A DNA stretch of 64,000 nucleotides from NCBI RefSeq assembly GCF_000002075.1, contig NW_004797474.1, positions 198,678 through 262,677 on the forward strand, given 5' to 3'. Below are positions 12,113-25,200 of this stretch, in pieces. A program made the position numbers and the translations under genes. The notes beneath the pieces were generated by a model. That model was not told the origin of the DNA. It searched no databases and worked only from the letters and a program-made list of their open reading frames with translations. This DNA comes from Aplysia californica. Lineage: Eukaryota. Position 1 is the stretch's first letter. Every line of letters begins with the position of its first letter.

Positions 12113-15100
12113 GATCATCAGCAGAAATTGAGGATGTGATGCCTGTTTGTGTACCATTTGCAAGTCGTATTGATTCTTTTTTTTTAAATTAAAAGAAAGC
12201 GACCATTCTCTTATTACATAGAAAGAAAAATGTAAGAAAATGGAAGTGAGTCATTCTGGTCTTCCAGAAGGAAAATGTATCATTATCTAACTGCAGTTAA
12301 ATTCCGGTGATCATAAAGGAAAATTTAAAAGAAAACCGAAGCAAACATCCTTGGACTAGATAGAGGGGCTGAAGCCTTAGTGTGTGTGGTTGTTCCGCAA
12401 AAGTAAATGTCATCTGGAGTTGATTTAGATATGGTATGTACTTTTCATTTCATGAATGAGACTTGGCTACGTTGCCCACCTTATTATGTGCAATAGTTAC
12501 AGGGTTTATCACTGATAACTGGGAAGTGAAGAATTTGGAAAGGAGGTTCATAAATATTTTGAATACCGGTTCATATTTTTATGTGGACCAGGGAGGATAG
12601 GAAGACATCTGGAGAAAACTTGCAAGAGATCGTAAAGATTGTGGAGAATAAAAGAGCTCCCTCTCCCAGAATGTGTGCTATGATTTGTGGGTGGAGGATG
12701 AGTGAGAGCGAAGGAAAGAGGGAAAGGAGGTAGGCTACATTGCAAAGATATTGAAGACAGGAGCAAGATTGTAGATTGCTCTCAGGGTTTGTGACTGGCT
12801 CAAGCATTACGTGAGTGATATGACAGGTGTGTATACGTGAAGCTGAGGATGCTGTTTTCTTCTCTTGTAGAAGTTTTCCATGTTGTCCTTTAGTGTTAGT
12901 TCTGTCTCATGCAGCTGCCGGATGCTAAGAGTACAGATGATTATAATTAGAATTAGTGGAATACAAGTTGAAGAGAATTGTTTGTCTCTGTTTCTATTAC
13001 TCTCCATGCCTTGTGATATAACTGTTTCTCGTAATTTCTGTACATAATATTGTTTCACTTGGAATATAAGTTTGAAGTTTGTGTATGCTCTTTCAAAGTG
13101 AAGATATCTGCTTGAGAGGATGGGATTTTTGCAATGGCATTTTTGAAACTTCTAATTTCCCTTTTTACCTTTTAAGTGTTTATGGCCTTTATTAAGCTGA
13201 GCTGTGGGGGTCAGGTACTTTTAGTTTACCATCTGGCCACTGCGTTGGACTTTAGAGTTAAATTTTTTCTAAACTTCAATATCATATATTGTGAGGTGTT
13301 GAAAAGTGAACGTTTTGCAATAGAAGTGCTAAGCAGACTGATCACTTTATGGTATACTCAGTACAGAATTTGTAAGCTTTAGATTTTTTTTAATCTGCAC
13401 TGTGCACTTGCCCTTTAAAAAGTACTGCTTTCAAAATAGTAGATCATATTTTAGTGACATATAATTTTATTTTCTGAGGTCAATGATAGCAGACCTGTCT
13501 GTCGACTTTGTTGAAAAATGTTGCTCACCTAAAGATGATTGAAATAAGCTTACGACATAATTTTTCTATCAAGCCCATAAGATTGCTTAGCTGGCAGCAT
13601 TTTTTCTCGCAACCTGTTCACCTTAATTAAGAGTGTTCTTAACAGTGACCTACTCTTTACAGCTTATGCAGACAGAAAGGATAAAAGAAGCAATGAAAAT
13701 CACTCTCATGCACTCGGATTGCATTTCAGATTTTGTGCATTATTCCTTATCATGTTGATCAATCTCTCTATGGTAGAAATATTGTAATTCCTTTTTACAA
13801 ATTGAAGTCCACACTTGCAAACTCTTGACTGCTTGAGAAGCTCCACGCTAAATGTTGTTTTTGGTTCCACCACACGCTCTGTATTTTTGATATTGTGATT
13901 CCACTCTTTCCTGACTATCCAGATGGATGGGGATTATGTACGTTCCAGAATGATTGCTTCATGCGAAATAGTTTCATCTTTTCCCTTGTTATAACTCATA
14001 AAAATGATGCATTGTTTTCATCAGTTTGATAATTTCTGAGAATTAAAAAAAAAAACTGAATGTAGGTGGCGATCATATTTTCATCATTTACTGTTGTTGG
14101 AGTGCATGATGCTCCTGTTTTCTTTTTCCGTTTTTGACTGTCTGAATATATTTCTTTAAAAACACTTGTTGGTTCTTAAGTTTTCTGTTGTTAGTACATA
14201 ATTAAATGAATGAAAGCTGGAAACATTTTGCTGAAGCAATTCTGTTGTCACTGCAGGCCTTAGTATTCTGTCACATGCTTGCCAAATAGTTATGTGTTGT
14301 GCATTGAGAACTAGTAAAGTTAAAGTTCAGAGATTGTCAATTGATACAATGAAATATTTGCATGCACACTTCAATGTTAGCATAGCACCTGAGAAAATAC
14401 CACATTTTCGTTTGTACTGGTCACATGTACAATGGATTTTCTTCAATTTCATAGATATTTCCCAGAATTGCTAATACTGTTCATTTGTACCGGGAGGGGA
14501 TGGATTTTTAGTTTAACACTTTTTTAAAAGCAAGTGGTTAGTACTCTTATTTCTGAGACCTACGTATAACTTTATTCTCATTCAATATTTTTTCCTCTTT
14601 TGCTTTATTGTTCCTTAAGACCTAGAATTGAAATGATGTTTAGCATGTCATCTGGGACTTTTTTTCTTTTTGTGTTATTGTCTTCGGCCTTCATGAATCT
14701 GTCCATGCTATTCAGTACCCAGATTCCTTTAAATTTTTCTTAAGATTTGCCCTAAGATTTTTTTATTTCTTCCCTCGCTGCTGCTGCTTGTAGTAAATTG
14801 TAATTATTCTTGCTGTGTTTACAATGCTCCCAGTTATGTCAAATTTAGGTGTCTTGTCTATCGTTATTTTTAGGAACTAAGGAAAAAAGTAGAGATGTAC
14901 AATGTACTTCGGATGATATGACTTTATGCCTAGGTTTATATGTTTGTTTCCAGGAAAACTTCACTTTTCCTTTATTTTGTAAAAAAAAAATACTCAGGTT
15001 GTTGGAATTGCAATCTGGCTTTCCCTCTTTATTTAAGTCCGAATTTTAAATATGGAATGGTTTAGTATGCGAGTCCTGGTGTTTGAATGTGTCTGAGCAT

Positions 15101-15344
15101 GTGGATACTCAAAGTACATTCTTGAAAAACCTTATTCTTTGTGCAGCAAACTGTATCCAGGCACTGTATCTAAATGCTGGCCCTGGCCAATGTGATTTTA
15201 GGTCTAAAGTTATTTTGTATTTTTATTATTACTTGTTCGTTTTTTGTTTTTTTGCCGTTACCAATTCGATATATTTCCATACTTCTCAATATAATATATG
15301 TTTTGGTGTTTTTTTTCAAATAGTCAATGTCAACATCAGACTTT

Positions 15345-15350
15345 AATAAA
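15345..15350 (+). promoter_or_regulatory. Candidate NAPA polyadenylation signal (implies ~3.2-kb 3' UTR)
   Basis: AATAAA at the end of a T-rich tract that runs from the NAPA stop, followed by U-rich sequence. Confidence 0.4.
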
Positions 15351-16868
15351 TAGAACGAATGTCATGCGTGGATAAATTTTCCAATCATTTTTCCTTTGTC
15401 ATTTGCTTTTCACTGGTTCACAAAGAAAAACCACATCTAGTAGTGATGGCAGCCTGAGGATAATGACTGTACTCAGTTTTGTGGACTAAAGAAAGGGAGT
15501 TTTGTCTTGAGCTTCAACACAAGTTCTTGCTTTGCTGTGTAAACAATTTGCTTGCTTTGACCTTCTCTCCTTGATATCCTTAATATCATAAATTAACAGA
15601 CTGAAATTCAGAAGGCAAGTGTCTGATTCGGGGCATTAATGTTTAATACCGTATATTATGGTTTTTGATGCAGCCGGAAAGAAAAGATTTCATGTTTTAA
15701 CAATCCTTTTAATTTTAAAGAGCTTTGCATACAATGTAAATGTATATTTTCTGCTAGTCATAATAGCCATTATAATTTACAGGCTTCATGAGCAACTTAT
15801 TTCATATTGCCAAAGCAAGAAATAAAGTTGTGAGGACCCCGGACTGGCTGGTTTATACCCATTTAACAACTTTGATTAGGTGTTTGGTAAAATTTATTTG
15901 GCTTGTTACAAACTAGATGAGATTTATTAAGTGATTCTTTGTGGAATTTTGGGGCATATATGGAGTTTATGGTATCATAAAGCTTTTTCATTTGTTTTGC
16001 TTTTGGTGAGAAAAAGTTCCCATCTCCTTTGAATTGAAGTCCAGAAATTTGCAATTTAGGGAGATGGTTTTTGTCTGGTGTTTGGGTTAAAATTAGGTGG
16101 GGAAAGGCTGCCAAAATTTGGCAACTTTCATAGCATAAGTGTCCTTGGAAACTACAAATTTACAATCTTGTGCCTTTCTTCAACATGTTTAAGTAAAATC
16201 CACAGAAATATGTTCATAAACTTAAATAGACATTAAAGGTGTTGAGTAAAGATAAACACTACCCACCAGTACCTGACTGAAAGATATCAGTTTTTCCAGT
16301 TTCATTATTTGGATGAGCACCTGTTTTCACCACGATGCACATTCTATGACTTGTTTCAAAAGACACCACAGATAGGTTTTAACTATATTACAATACTTCG
16401 ATACATAATGAACATAATCGCATAATTTCAGTGAAAGTGTTCCGTGCAGTCAATTGTTCATCAGCCTCTCAGTCTCACTGCCTCCTTGTCTCTTACTTTC
16501 TTGTTGTGACTAATATATGTGCCAAAGTTTTACTAGAGAGTCACATACAAAGAAAAGGAGGAGGAGCGATAAGGACGGTAGATATATTTGATAAGAAAGA
16601 AGGAACAAACCCCTCCAGAGCACCAGCTAACCACCCACTCTGCAGTGGCAAACTTTACTTCTCCATCTAGTCTTTCTCTTTACATTTCCTGATGCTGACA
16701 TACCTAGGTTGAGTTGGAGAACTGCATGGAACTCACTAAAGTCTTTAAAAGATGGGGGAGGGGGGGAGGAAGTCGGACACCACAGAAATGAGAGTGAAAA
16801 GTAAAGTAAAAGACACAAGACCTACAAGTAATGCAACAACACGAAATATCTCGACGTCAGTGCTAGTA

Positions 16869-17855
16869 CAGTAGTCTCCGCCTAAACGCACGCCATACAA
16901 AAGCACGCTCCGCTCAAACGCACGCTTTCGTCATCTGACGGGTTTTTTACTATATGATTTAGACGTACAAACGCACGGTCACTCCCTCTAAACGCACGCT
17001 CCGATCCGCGAAACACGCTAGCTTGACAAAGGGAAATTTCCACTACAACAACTTTTGAACCTGCACAGCCTGCTTAAGACAAGCCTAGATAATTGGTGAG
17101 AGTGCCTCTCACGCCTAACAAAGAGAGTGATGAAGAGCGTTTTCACATCCAACTTTCCATGGACACATAGGACTGGCCGGTGAAAAGTTGGGGGGGGGGG
17201 CTGAAATGTTTTTTGATTGGACACTGGAAATGTCGATCTATCTTTGAGAGAAGGTTTCTGACTGGTGTTTGGGTGACAGCGAGTAATGTTTAGTTAGACC
17301 TAGGCCTGATGCGCAACACGTGTAAATGCCGTAAAACACTAGACAGGCCTCTACAGGATTAAAGATTAGCCAAATAAGCCTAATAATCAGCAGCGCTCGA
17401 AGAACGTACTTGTTCAACGAATCACAAGAGATGTTTCTCTGAATGTAGAGAATGATTCTGCTTGAATTTACGATCGGGAGTGGTCGCTTGGAAAGCCATG
17501 TGGATGGTCCGTCGCTTCTATGACTATGACTATCACCAACAGTTTCCTCTTAGGCTATCTGTTCCCGACGTTTCTAGTCCATAGTCATTACATTGAGTCT
17601 GTCTTTCTTCCCCCCCCCATTCTACGCCTTTGTATTCTTAAACCCAGTTGGGGAATCCCTTACAAAACAGTCACGTGTCATCACATATTCTGCCAAAATG
17701 ATCCCCTCTCTCCAAGGGAGGTCACTAGAGTAATAAGGAATTGAGATGACTGCGTCCCTTCCTCCTCTTGCAAAGGTTAATGTAAACGCACGCTCCGTAT
17801 AAACACACGCTAAGGAGCCCCTCCCATGCACTGTGCGTTTAGGCAGAGACTACTG
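16869..17855. mobile_element. ~990-bp Tc1/pogo (Tigger-like) non-autonomous transposon
   Basis: TA|CAGTAGTCTCCGCCTAAACGCAC ... GTGCGTTTAGGCAGAGACTACTG|TA, i.e. 23-bp TIRs with 1 mismatch. Repeated subterminal AAACGCACGCTCCG motifs are present. Confidence 0.88.
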
Positions 17856-20211
17856 TAGTGTCAAATAAACTCCAAAGTCAAGTGATTGAAAAGAGTAAAA
17901 AAAATAAATAAGCTTTCAAAACCAAACTTACAAACCAGACAAACATTTAAAAACAGTGTCAAGAACACATTTCAAACGGCCGCTTTATGCACCATACTTT
18001 AATGACATCCCCCTCAATTTGTTGACATAGATCATCAATGTGAATGTACACAGTGAAGTGATGGCATTGTTCAGTGAATGACGAATACAGTAAATGTCGG
18101 TCATACCAGGTATCTTTTGTCTTTCTTCAGTTCTCTCAACAAGGCAAAATAGCAAAGTCCAAAACACAATGACTACACAGTGTACAGTCATCACAAAAAA
18201 CATCCATCCCAACTCAAACTTACAAGATTACAACCACAACATCAATCTTTGCTATCCAAATCCAATACAATGATTAATAACGTAGCACCCAAAAAGTCAT
18301 TCTCTTTTCTAACATTCTAACAAGCAGTTACATGTACTCCTGACAAGCTTTGTTTTGTACAGTATAATATCAGACAACAAATTGCCTTTTCTTTCTCACA
18401 CATTCCTATGCTCAAATATCCAGGGCATACCACATGATAATAACAGTTGTTAAAAAATTCAAAGAGAATACCAATCGCAAGAAGAAAGAAGACACTGAAG
18501 AGCTCCACATTTCTACAACTGCAGATTTGGCTCCAGAGTCTTATTTGAGGCCATGACCTCTAGAGACACTCCCCAAATAATTAAACAACATAGATCAACA
18601 GAATGGATCAAGCCTCCAAGGTATGGTGTGGTTTAAAAGCCTTCAGGTAGGACCTCTACCAAATGTTACATTTATGGTTTGTCTCCGACACTGATAGTGC
18701 CCACCCAAGTGAGTGGAGAGCCTTCAAACTCCCAAAATAACCAACATTCAAGAAAGCCCTGTTGAGGATTTGAATTTGAACAGAAATTTGCAAAATGTCA
18801 GAGCCTCCAAAAAATGACCCTGGTCTTCCCATATAAACCGAGGAAAAAGAATAAAAAAGGTCCACAATATCCCTCCTCCCTTAATACTACCTACTGAACT
18901 TTCTACTTCATATATATATATATATAATACATATGTAAGAAGCTCAAATTCTTTTTTTTTTAAATGTACACAACTAAGGCTGAATTTCTGCTTTTCTTCT
19001 ATAAAACGGATTACATGCAGAACAGCGATATGTTCGATTCTCAGGATGATAAAAAAAACAAGCACAGCATTTTTACCAAACTGCTGAGTTTTCTCATCTC
19101 TCAAGCAGTTAAAGATTTTGTATATGGGATGACAGAGTTGATCACAAGTTTAGTAACACAGTAACATGGTAAAAATGTACAGAATGTTATAATTGTACAG
19201 TGATCTGGCACTACAGTCAGCCCAGCTGAATGCAAGATTATTCACAACTTGGTGAAATTAAGGGCATTTGCACCAACTTTCATACTAAATCATGCAACAT
19301 TCATACTATTCATAGTATGGATTTTGATAGAAATCCCACAATGGTATATTAATATAACTAAAGTACATTCTACTTTCAATAAACTGCAAAAAATTAATAC
19401 AACTGAACAACTGCGCACTATCAATTCTCTCTATACAATTCCACTGAAAAAGGCTGAAATACATTACTGCAAAAATGACCCTGCGAGTCCATTTCGGGTG
19501 GGACCCACAAAGAGAGGAAGAAACTACATGCTGTAACAGTCGTTCAGTCACCAAGACTGCCATCTCATCTTGCCAAGAATAAACAAAGACAATTTTTGCA
19601 GTGAAAAAATCAACAAAAGTAGAAAACCCTGACAGAGTTCCCACAAACAACCAGCTGTTATTTTTTTGTTCACATAGTTTTAAAGATAAAGGTAGCAGTA
19701 AAAAAGAAGATTCAATTTTCAAAAGGTGGAAGAAAATAAGTTAACACTCTAGAATACCGGTACACCTCAAGTTTGTCAAAACCCAACGGGTATACCTAAC
19801 TTTTTATTCTTTTTACTACATTTCAAAATCTCCCTATCCTTTAACTACCATCCAACCTAGCTTCAACTCTTGACCTAGTAGCAGAGGCTAACAGTAGCAA
19901 ATGTCACCAGAGCTGAGACTGCCAATATTATACACAAATAATAAAATGAAAGTCATGAAGTGGCCATCCTCTATCCCTTACCCAAAGGAATGACCATTTG
20001 TCAGTGACAAATGACATTTTTTTACGCAAGTGCAGTTACTCGCACATCACCTGCCTCCATGTACTCATCTCTATTATACATGTGTAGATTGATAAGGGAG
20101 CTCTAATGGAAAGTCAGGCACAGCATTCACTTCAGTCGGTAACAACAAAATTTATTCTGTGATGACTCAAAGAGCAATCTCTTGACAAATTGTATGTCCT
20201 GGGTGAACTTA

Positions 20212-20470
20212 GTGGCGTCGGTGGTCTAGTGGTCAGGCAGTTGGACTTGCAGCTGAAAGGTCGTGGGTTTAAACCAAGTCAAAAGCCCGATGTTGTATTG
20301 GGAAAGGCACTTTACACAATTTTTTCTCACTTCATCCAGGTGGGATGGAGTATCTGGTCTTAGATAGCGAAATATCTTGTCAATTCGTTAGTGTTCGAGT
20401 GCTTATAGATGGATGCTTGCAGTGTATGCTTCCCTGGAATCCAAAAATGTTTCCTGAGTGTTCTAGAGTC
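20212..20470 (+). mobile_element. tRNA-derived SINE (Meta/V-domain-like), copy 1
   Basis: A-box TGGTCTAGTGG, B-box-like GGTTTAAACC, then GGGAAAGGCACTTTACAC..CTCACTTCATCCAGGTGGGATGG. Homologous to 48945-49290. Confidence 0.7.
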
Positions 20471-22227
20471 TGTTGGAGGCAGGGCCATGGATTTTACTTC
20501 CATCTTTGCTAAGACTGTGCCAAGCAGGTGGAGAGCCACAATTCCTCAAAAATACAACAGCCCAAGAACATGAACTCTTTGTAAAATATTCAGACAAGGG
20601 CAGCATACACAAAGACCAAGCATGATACAATTGTTTGAGCTAAAAAGAGTCCGGAGACTAACTTGGCAGCCAGAAAGGTATGATACATACAAGCCTGGCT
20701 TGAGACCACAACTGCTACAGTTTCAGCAGACAGTTGAAAAGTACATCTGTTAATTCAGGTTCTACCAATCCTGTATGTTCCCTCTTTGTCCCCATACAGC
20801 ATGTCATCAGCAAGCTGTTCAACTGTTCTGTCCAGAAAGTAAAAAGTGTCAAGAGAGAAAAACAGTTTCGGTTCTTTTAAAAGTTGTACCTACATTACGT
20901 ACCTTTATTGGGTTTTTTTCATCTTTTAGAATTTGAATTTCAACCACACATTTACTGAGTATGTGCTACTGAAACCACAGATTAAGACACTGCAGTAAAA
21001 ATGCATTACAAAATTTTGGGCTTGGATCTTGTACACCTGAAGCGCCGGTAGATGATGGGACCTTTGTTGTTTCTGGGCTTCTTTTCCTTCACTTCAGCAA
21101 ACACATGCAACAACCCACGGATAGTCAACCCTAGGTAGTTCAAACCACAAAACAAAGGCATTTACCAATATATACTTGGCCTACTTTGTTGCCCCTCTTT
21201 AAGGTAGTTGCCTTTTTTTTTCAAATGACCTCCAAGTTTTTTACATACTAAAGTTTATTCCATTTTAGGTCACAGCTAATGAGGAACTTCGATCTCTCTT
21301 CAATCAAAAAAGGCCTATACATCTCTGAAGAATGCAAATACCTCCATCTATTTTATCCCTACTAACTATATCATAGAAGAATTGGTTTTCTCTTGAATTT
21401 GGCCCATGAAAGACGAGAGGAAAAAAGTTTACCAACTATGCCTGCAGAAACTAAAGCCTTGGAAAAGAAGGTTTATGAAAACCTAACTTCAGTCTAAAAA
21501 GCACTGAAAAACCAAATTTTAAAATCAATTCATTAAAAACTAAACTAATGTTTTGGATGTGCTGGAATTCTCTGTCATCACGCAAATGTTTCCTTTACTA
21601 CCCATCCTTCTTTTCCATGATATCTCAGAAGACAACATGACACCAATATCCTCAGAAGAAAATTAAATAAGAAAGCTCCACTTTCAAATCCTACCTTCCC
21701 CCATCAGCTCTAAAATTCCTTCCTCAAGCCCAAACTTTGAAAGAAAACCGAACCCCAGTACCCTTTACCCACACCTCTGACAATATTTTGCGAGCACAGC
21801 CCACAAAGAATGATGGAGTCATGTACAGGACTCCTAGTCCTAGAGAGAAAATCTCAGGAAGAAAGAAATAGAATGTGTATGCAGTGACCCTCAAACAATT
21901 TCCAGCACAAAAAAGAAAAAAAGTCTTGAACTCTTAGCGCAACACACAGTTGCGCCAGAAAATACAGTCTATCATGCACGTAGAAAAATTAGAAGAGCGT
22001 GGAAATTTTTTCTTTATATACAAATTTGGCTATGTACTTGTTTTACATACAAAGAACATACGAGTATAAGAAAAAATTTGGGACCTCAAAATATGTTCAC
22101 TATGTGCATGTTTCGCTATGTGCATGTAGACTGTAACAAGTTTTTGATCCCCTAACAGAAAGCACAGAGTAGAGAGAAGAACAGTCCTTCCTCCTTGCCT
22201 CCTCGAGGCCATCTCTCTTGCCACATT

Positions 22228-25200
22228 TCATGGGTCGTCACTTGGGGGCTTGGGCTGGCTGTCGGCGCCGTGAATCTCAGGCTGGTAAGTCATCATCACA
22301 ATCAGAACCCACACGTGGAGCAGAGCCTGTTGGACATGGGGAAGGGGGTAGGTGGGGCAGAAATCACCATGAGTTGTAGTTTGCAGCAAGTCTGCATGAC
22401 AACGAGCACATTTCAGCAAGTGACAGTTTATGACAGGAGTGTAGTACTCAACCCATGGCCCTAAACTGATTTTATAGCTGCCAACTTTTCATTACCAAAA
22501 AAAACAGATTCTACAAAACTGGTGGGTCAAGATGGTTGGTATTTACCATGAATTCAAAAATACTGGAAAGAAATAATAATGACCACACTAACCCACTGAC
22601 CAACTCTTGAGAGGCAAATGAACACCCAAAAAAAATACAATGGAATTTTAAGCCTGGACCATGAGTGGAAATGATATGGACGGTGAATCCTGAGAATCGT
22701 AACTCTCTGATTATCCAAGTCCAGACACTGACAAAGAAAAAAAAAAACAGGGATCAAATAGGAGGGAGACAGGGCAGACAAGCCAGAGCCACATTTGACT
22801 AAGAAGGTTCCTCAACAGCTGGTGCTCCTGTGAGGGTGACTAGCCTATAAGAGTGAGAAAGTATCTACAGAATCCTGAAAACTTTGAAACCCAAAAGGTA
22901 CTCTGGAAAATATAACACTGTTCCCCAATCAAAGGCAAGGTTTGTAATTGTCAATATTAGGTAAAATGTGCCATCAGTTTTGAGATCGTCATTTTTGAAG
23001 TCCTTTCAAGGACAAACCCCCCCCCCCCCCAGTATTCTCCTGCTCTTCCACCAGTACTTTTCTCACTGTCTCTATAGACCATAGCTGCCACTCAGGAATT
23101 TCAAAAAAGGAGGAAATTCATGCGAAGGCGGACGCGCACTCTCCGAAGGCCGGAGTAAAACCAGTGAGATCCAGAGGCAATATATACAGGAAAATCTAGC
23201 CTATGGTTTTCGAAGGGAAAACTGTCATATTTATTAACCATAGGCAACTGGATTAAAATGCATTTGAAAAAAACAACAACAAAAAACAAACAAAAAAACA
23301 ACAAAGGCACTAAGTAGACTACCTAGCATTTGAGTCAATTTGACACAGTTTGGACTTGGTGACTAAAAATCCAGTGTTTGTTGCAAGCTGGTGTCTTATA
23401 AAAAGATTTCTTTCACTTTAAACTTGTACATCGATGTAGAGCGCGCGCAGTATTGGATCAAGGAGGCAACACCTTTGCCGCTGTACTGAGCACTCCTGTA
23501 CAATTGAGGTCCCATTTGCACTTAACTTAGTAGTCCCTCTGTAGAGTGTAGATCTAACCTGAATTAAAATTATAGCCTAGGCTATCTAATCTAGAATCTA
23601 GATCTAGAAATCTAAATATGAGTAAATCTAGATTATATTTAGAGATAGATTATCTAGATCTAGATTCACTTCAACAGCCACAATAGCCGTCATGTAAACA
23701 AACGGGACCGCAATTGTACAGGAGTGCCGCGGGCCGCGATTTCTTTATCGCACCAAACGCAAAGTGCAGCACGCGGAGCTCCTTTTATTTTTGCATTCTG
23801 CATCAATTTCTCACGAATTTCCGCCGTTTTCAATGACAACTCGGCGCACTAACGTCCCAATGCCAGATCGACACTTTGTTGCTCCACAATAAACAAAGTG
23901 AAACTAACGCTAGGCCTAGAAGAACGGAAGTAGAAAGCTAAGGGCGGACATGCGCAAGCTGCGTTTTCGTCTCTCTCCCGGTTCGGTGTTTTTCGTGTAT
24001 AAAAAAGTATCGCAATTTGCGACCGAGAGCGGTCCAGCGTGAGGAAGGAGGAAAGTAGCGGGAAAAGCTCGATGAAGCGGAGTTTCCGCTATTTAGCGGG
24101 AAAGTGGCAGCTATGATAGACAGGCCAAGCTGTACTCACCATATAAAGAATCACAAACACTCTGGCCATGGGATATCTCCTGAGGAAGACACCAAGACGT
24201 ATGCTGAAGCCGTCGATGGAGTTTGCTGCCCTCTTCATCCTCCTCGTCATCTCATGGTCAGATGGTACTTCTCTCAGGAACATAGGCAAGCGGTGTCTCA
24301 CTGGAAGTAGAAGCAAAATTTTTCACTATCCAAATTCTACAATATTTTTTGCTTCCTTTTCAGTCATTTTGAGCAATGAAAAATACTGGAAACTTAAGAC
24401 TATTGAAAAAACGATGGTACTTTACTTCACAGAAGGGTAGGGGAATCAATAGCTTGGAGGTAGATGGCTCGAAGAATTCAAGTGCATGTTCTGAACAGTA
24501 AAGATTTCTTGGCCCGCTGAAAGCCAAAAAAGAGAGGCTTGCCCCTGTCTGAGCAAATCTTTTCAAAACAATCCCGTTTTTCAGGGTAGGCCATTTTATA
24601 GGAATAATGAGAGAACCAGAGAAAACAGCCTAGAGAGCCTTAGCTGAAAGAGATCCTTCAAATTAGAAGCAAAAACAACCAACAGTAGAAACCCTGAGAT
24701 CCAGAGGAAGTTTGCAGAAGAACAATAAAAAGATAAAGGAAAGAGTCAGTACTGGAAATAGCACCATCAGATTACGGTCATTAGGGCTGAAATAAATTAT
24801 AATTTCATAATCAAGTCATGTTGCACATGAGGTAGAAAAAAATGTCTTGACTTCCTTTTTATATGTGTTACCAATGAGCACACCAAAGACATGGATTTCA
24901 GTTAGAAAATTGATACATGTACTAACAAACGAATATTAATCATCCCTCCACTGCCACATCATTTAATCTGTGACTGTAACAGGGAAACTAGGACACTGCC
25001 ACAAAGATGTTAAGTTTTTCCCAAAGTAGAAATGCAATGGGACAACAGATAAATAATTTAGCTACAACTGTGGTAATATTTCTCTTTGACAAAGCCCAAA
25101 CTACTTATGCAAAGCATCTTGATTTGAGAATGTTTTGTCATGGCAGCTACCCACAAGTTAAAATCAGGCTCAAGATGGTCTCACACTCTTGAAGGGGTCA

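Noticed and set aside
20212-20290. tRNA gene (also ~30250-30315 and ~48945-49005)
   Set aside because: A/B-box-like motifs are present, but there is no complete cloverleaf and the sequence continues into a SINE body.
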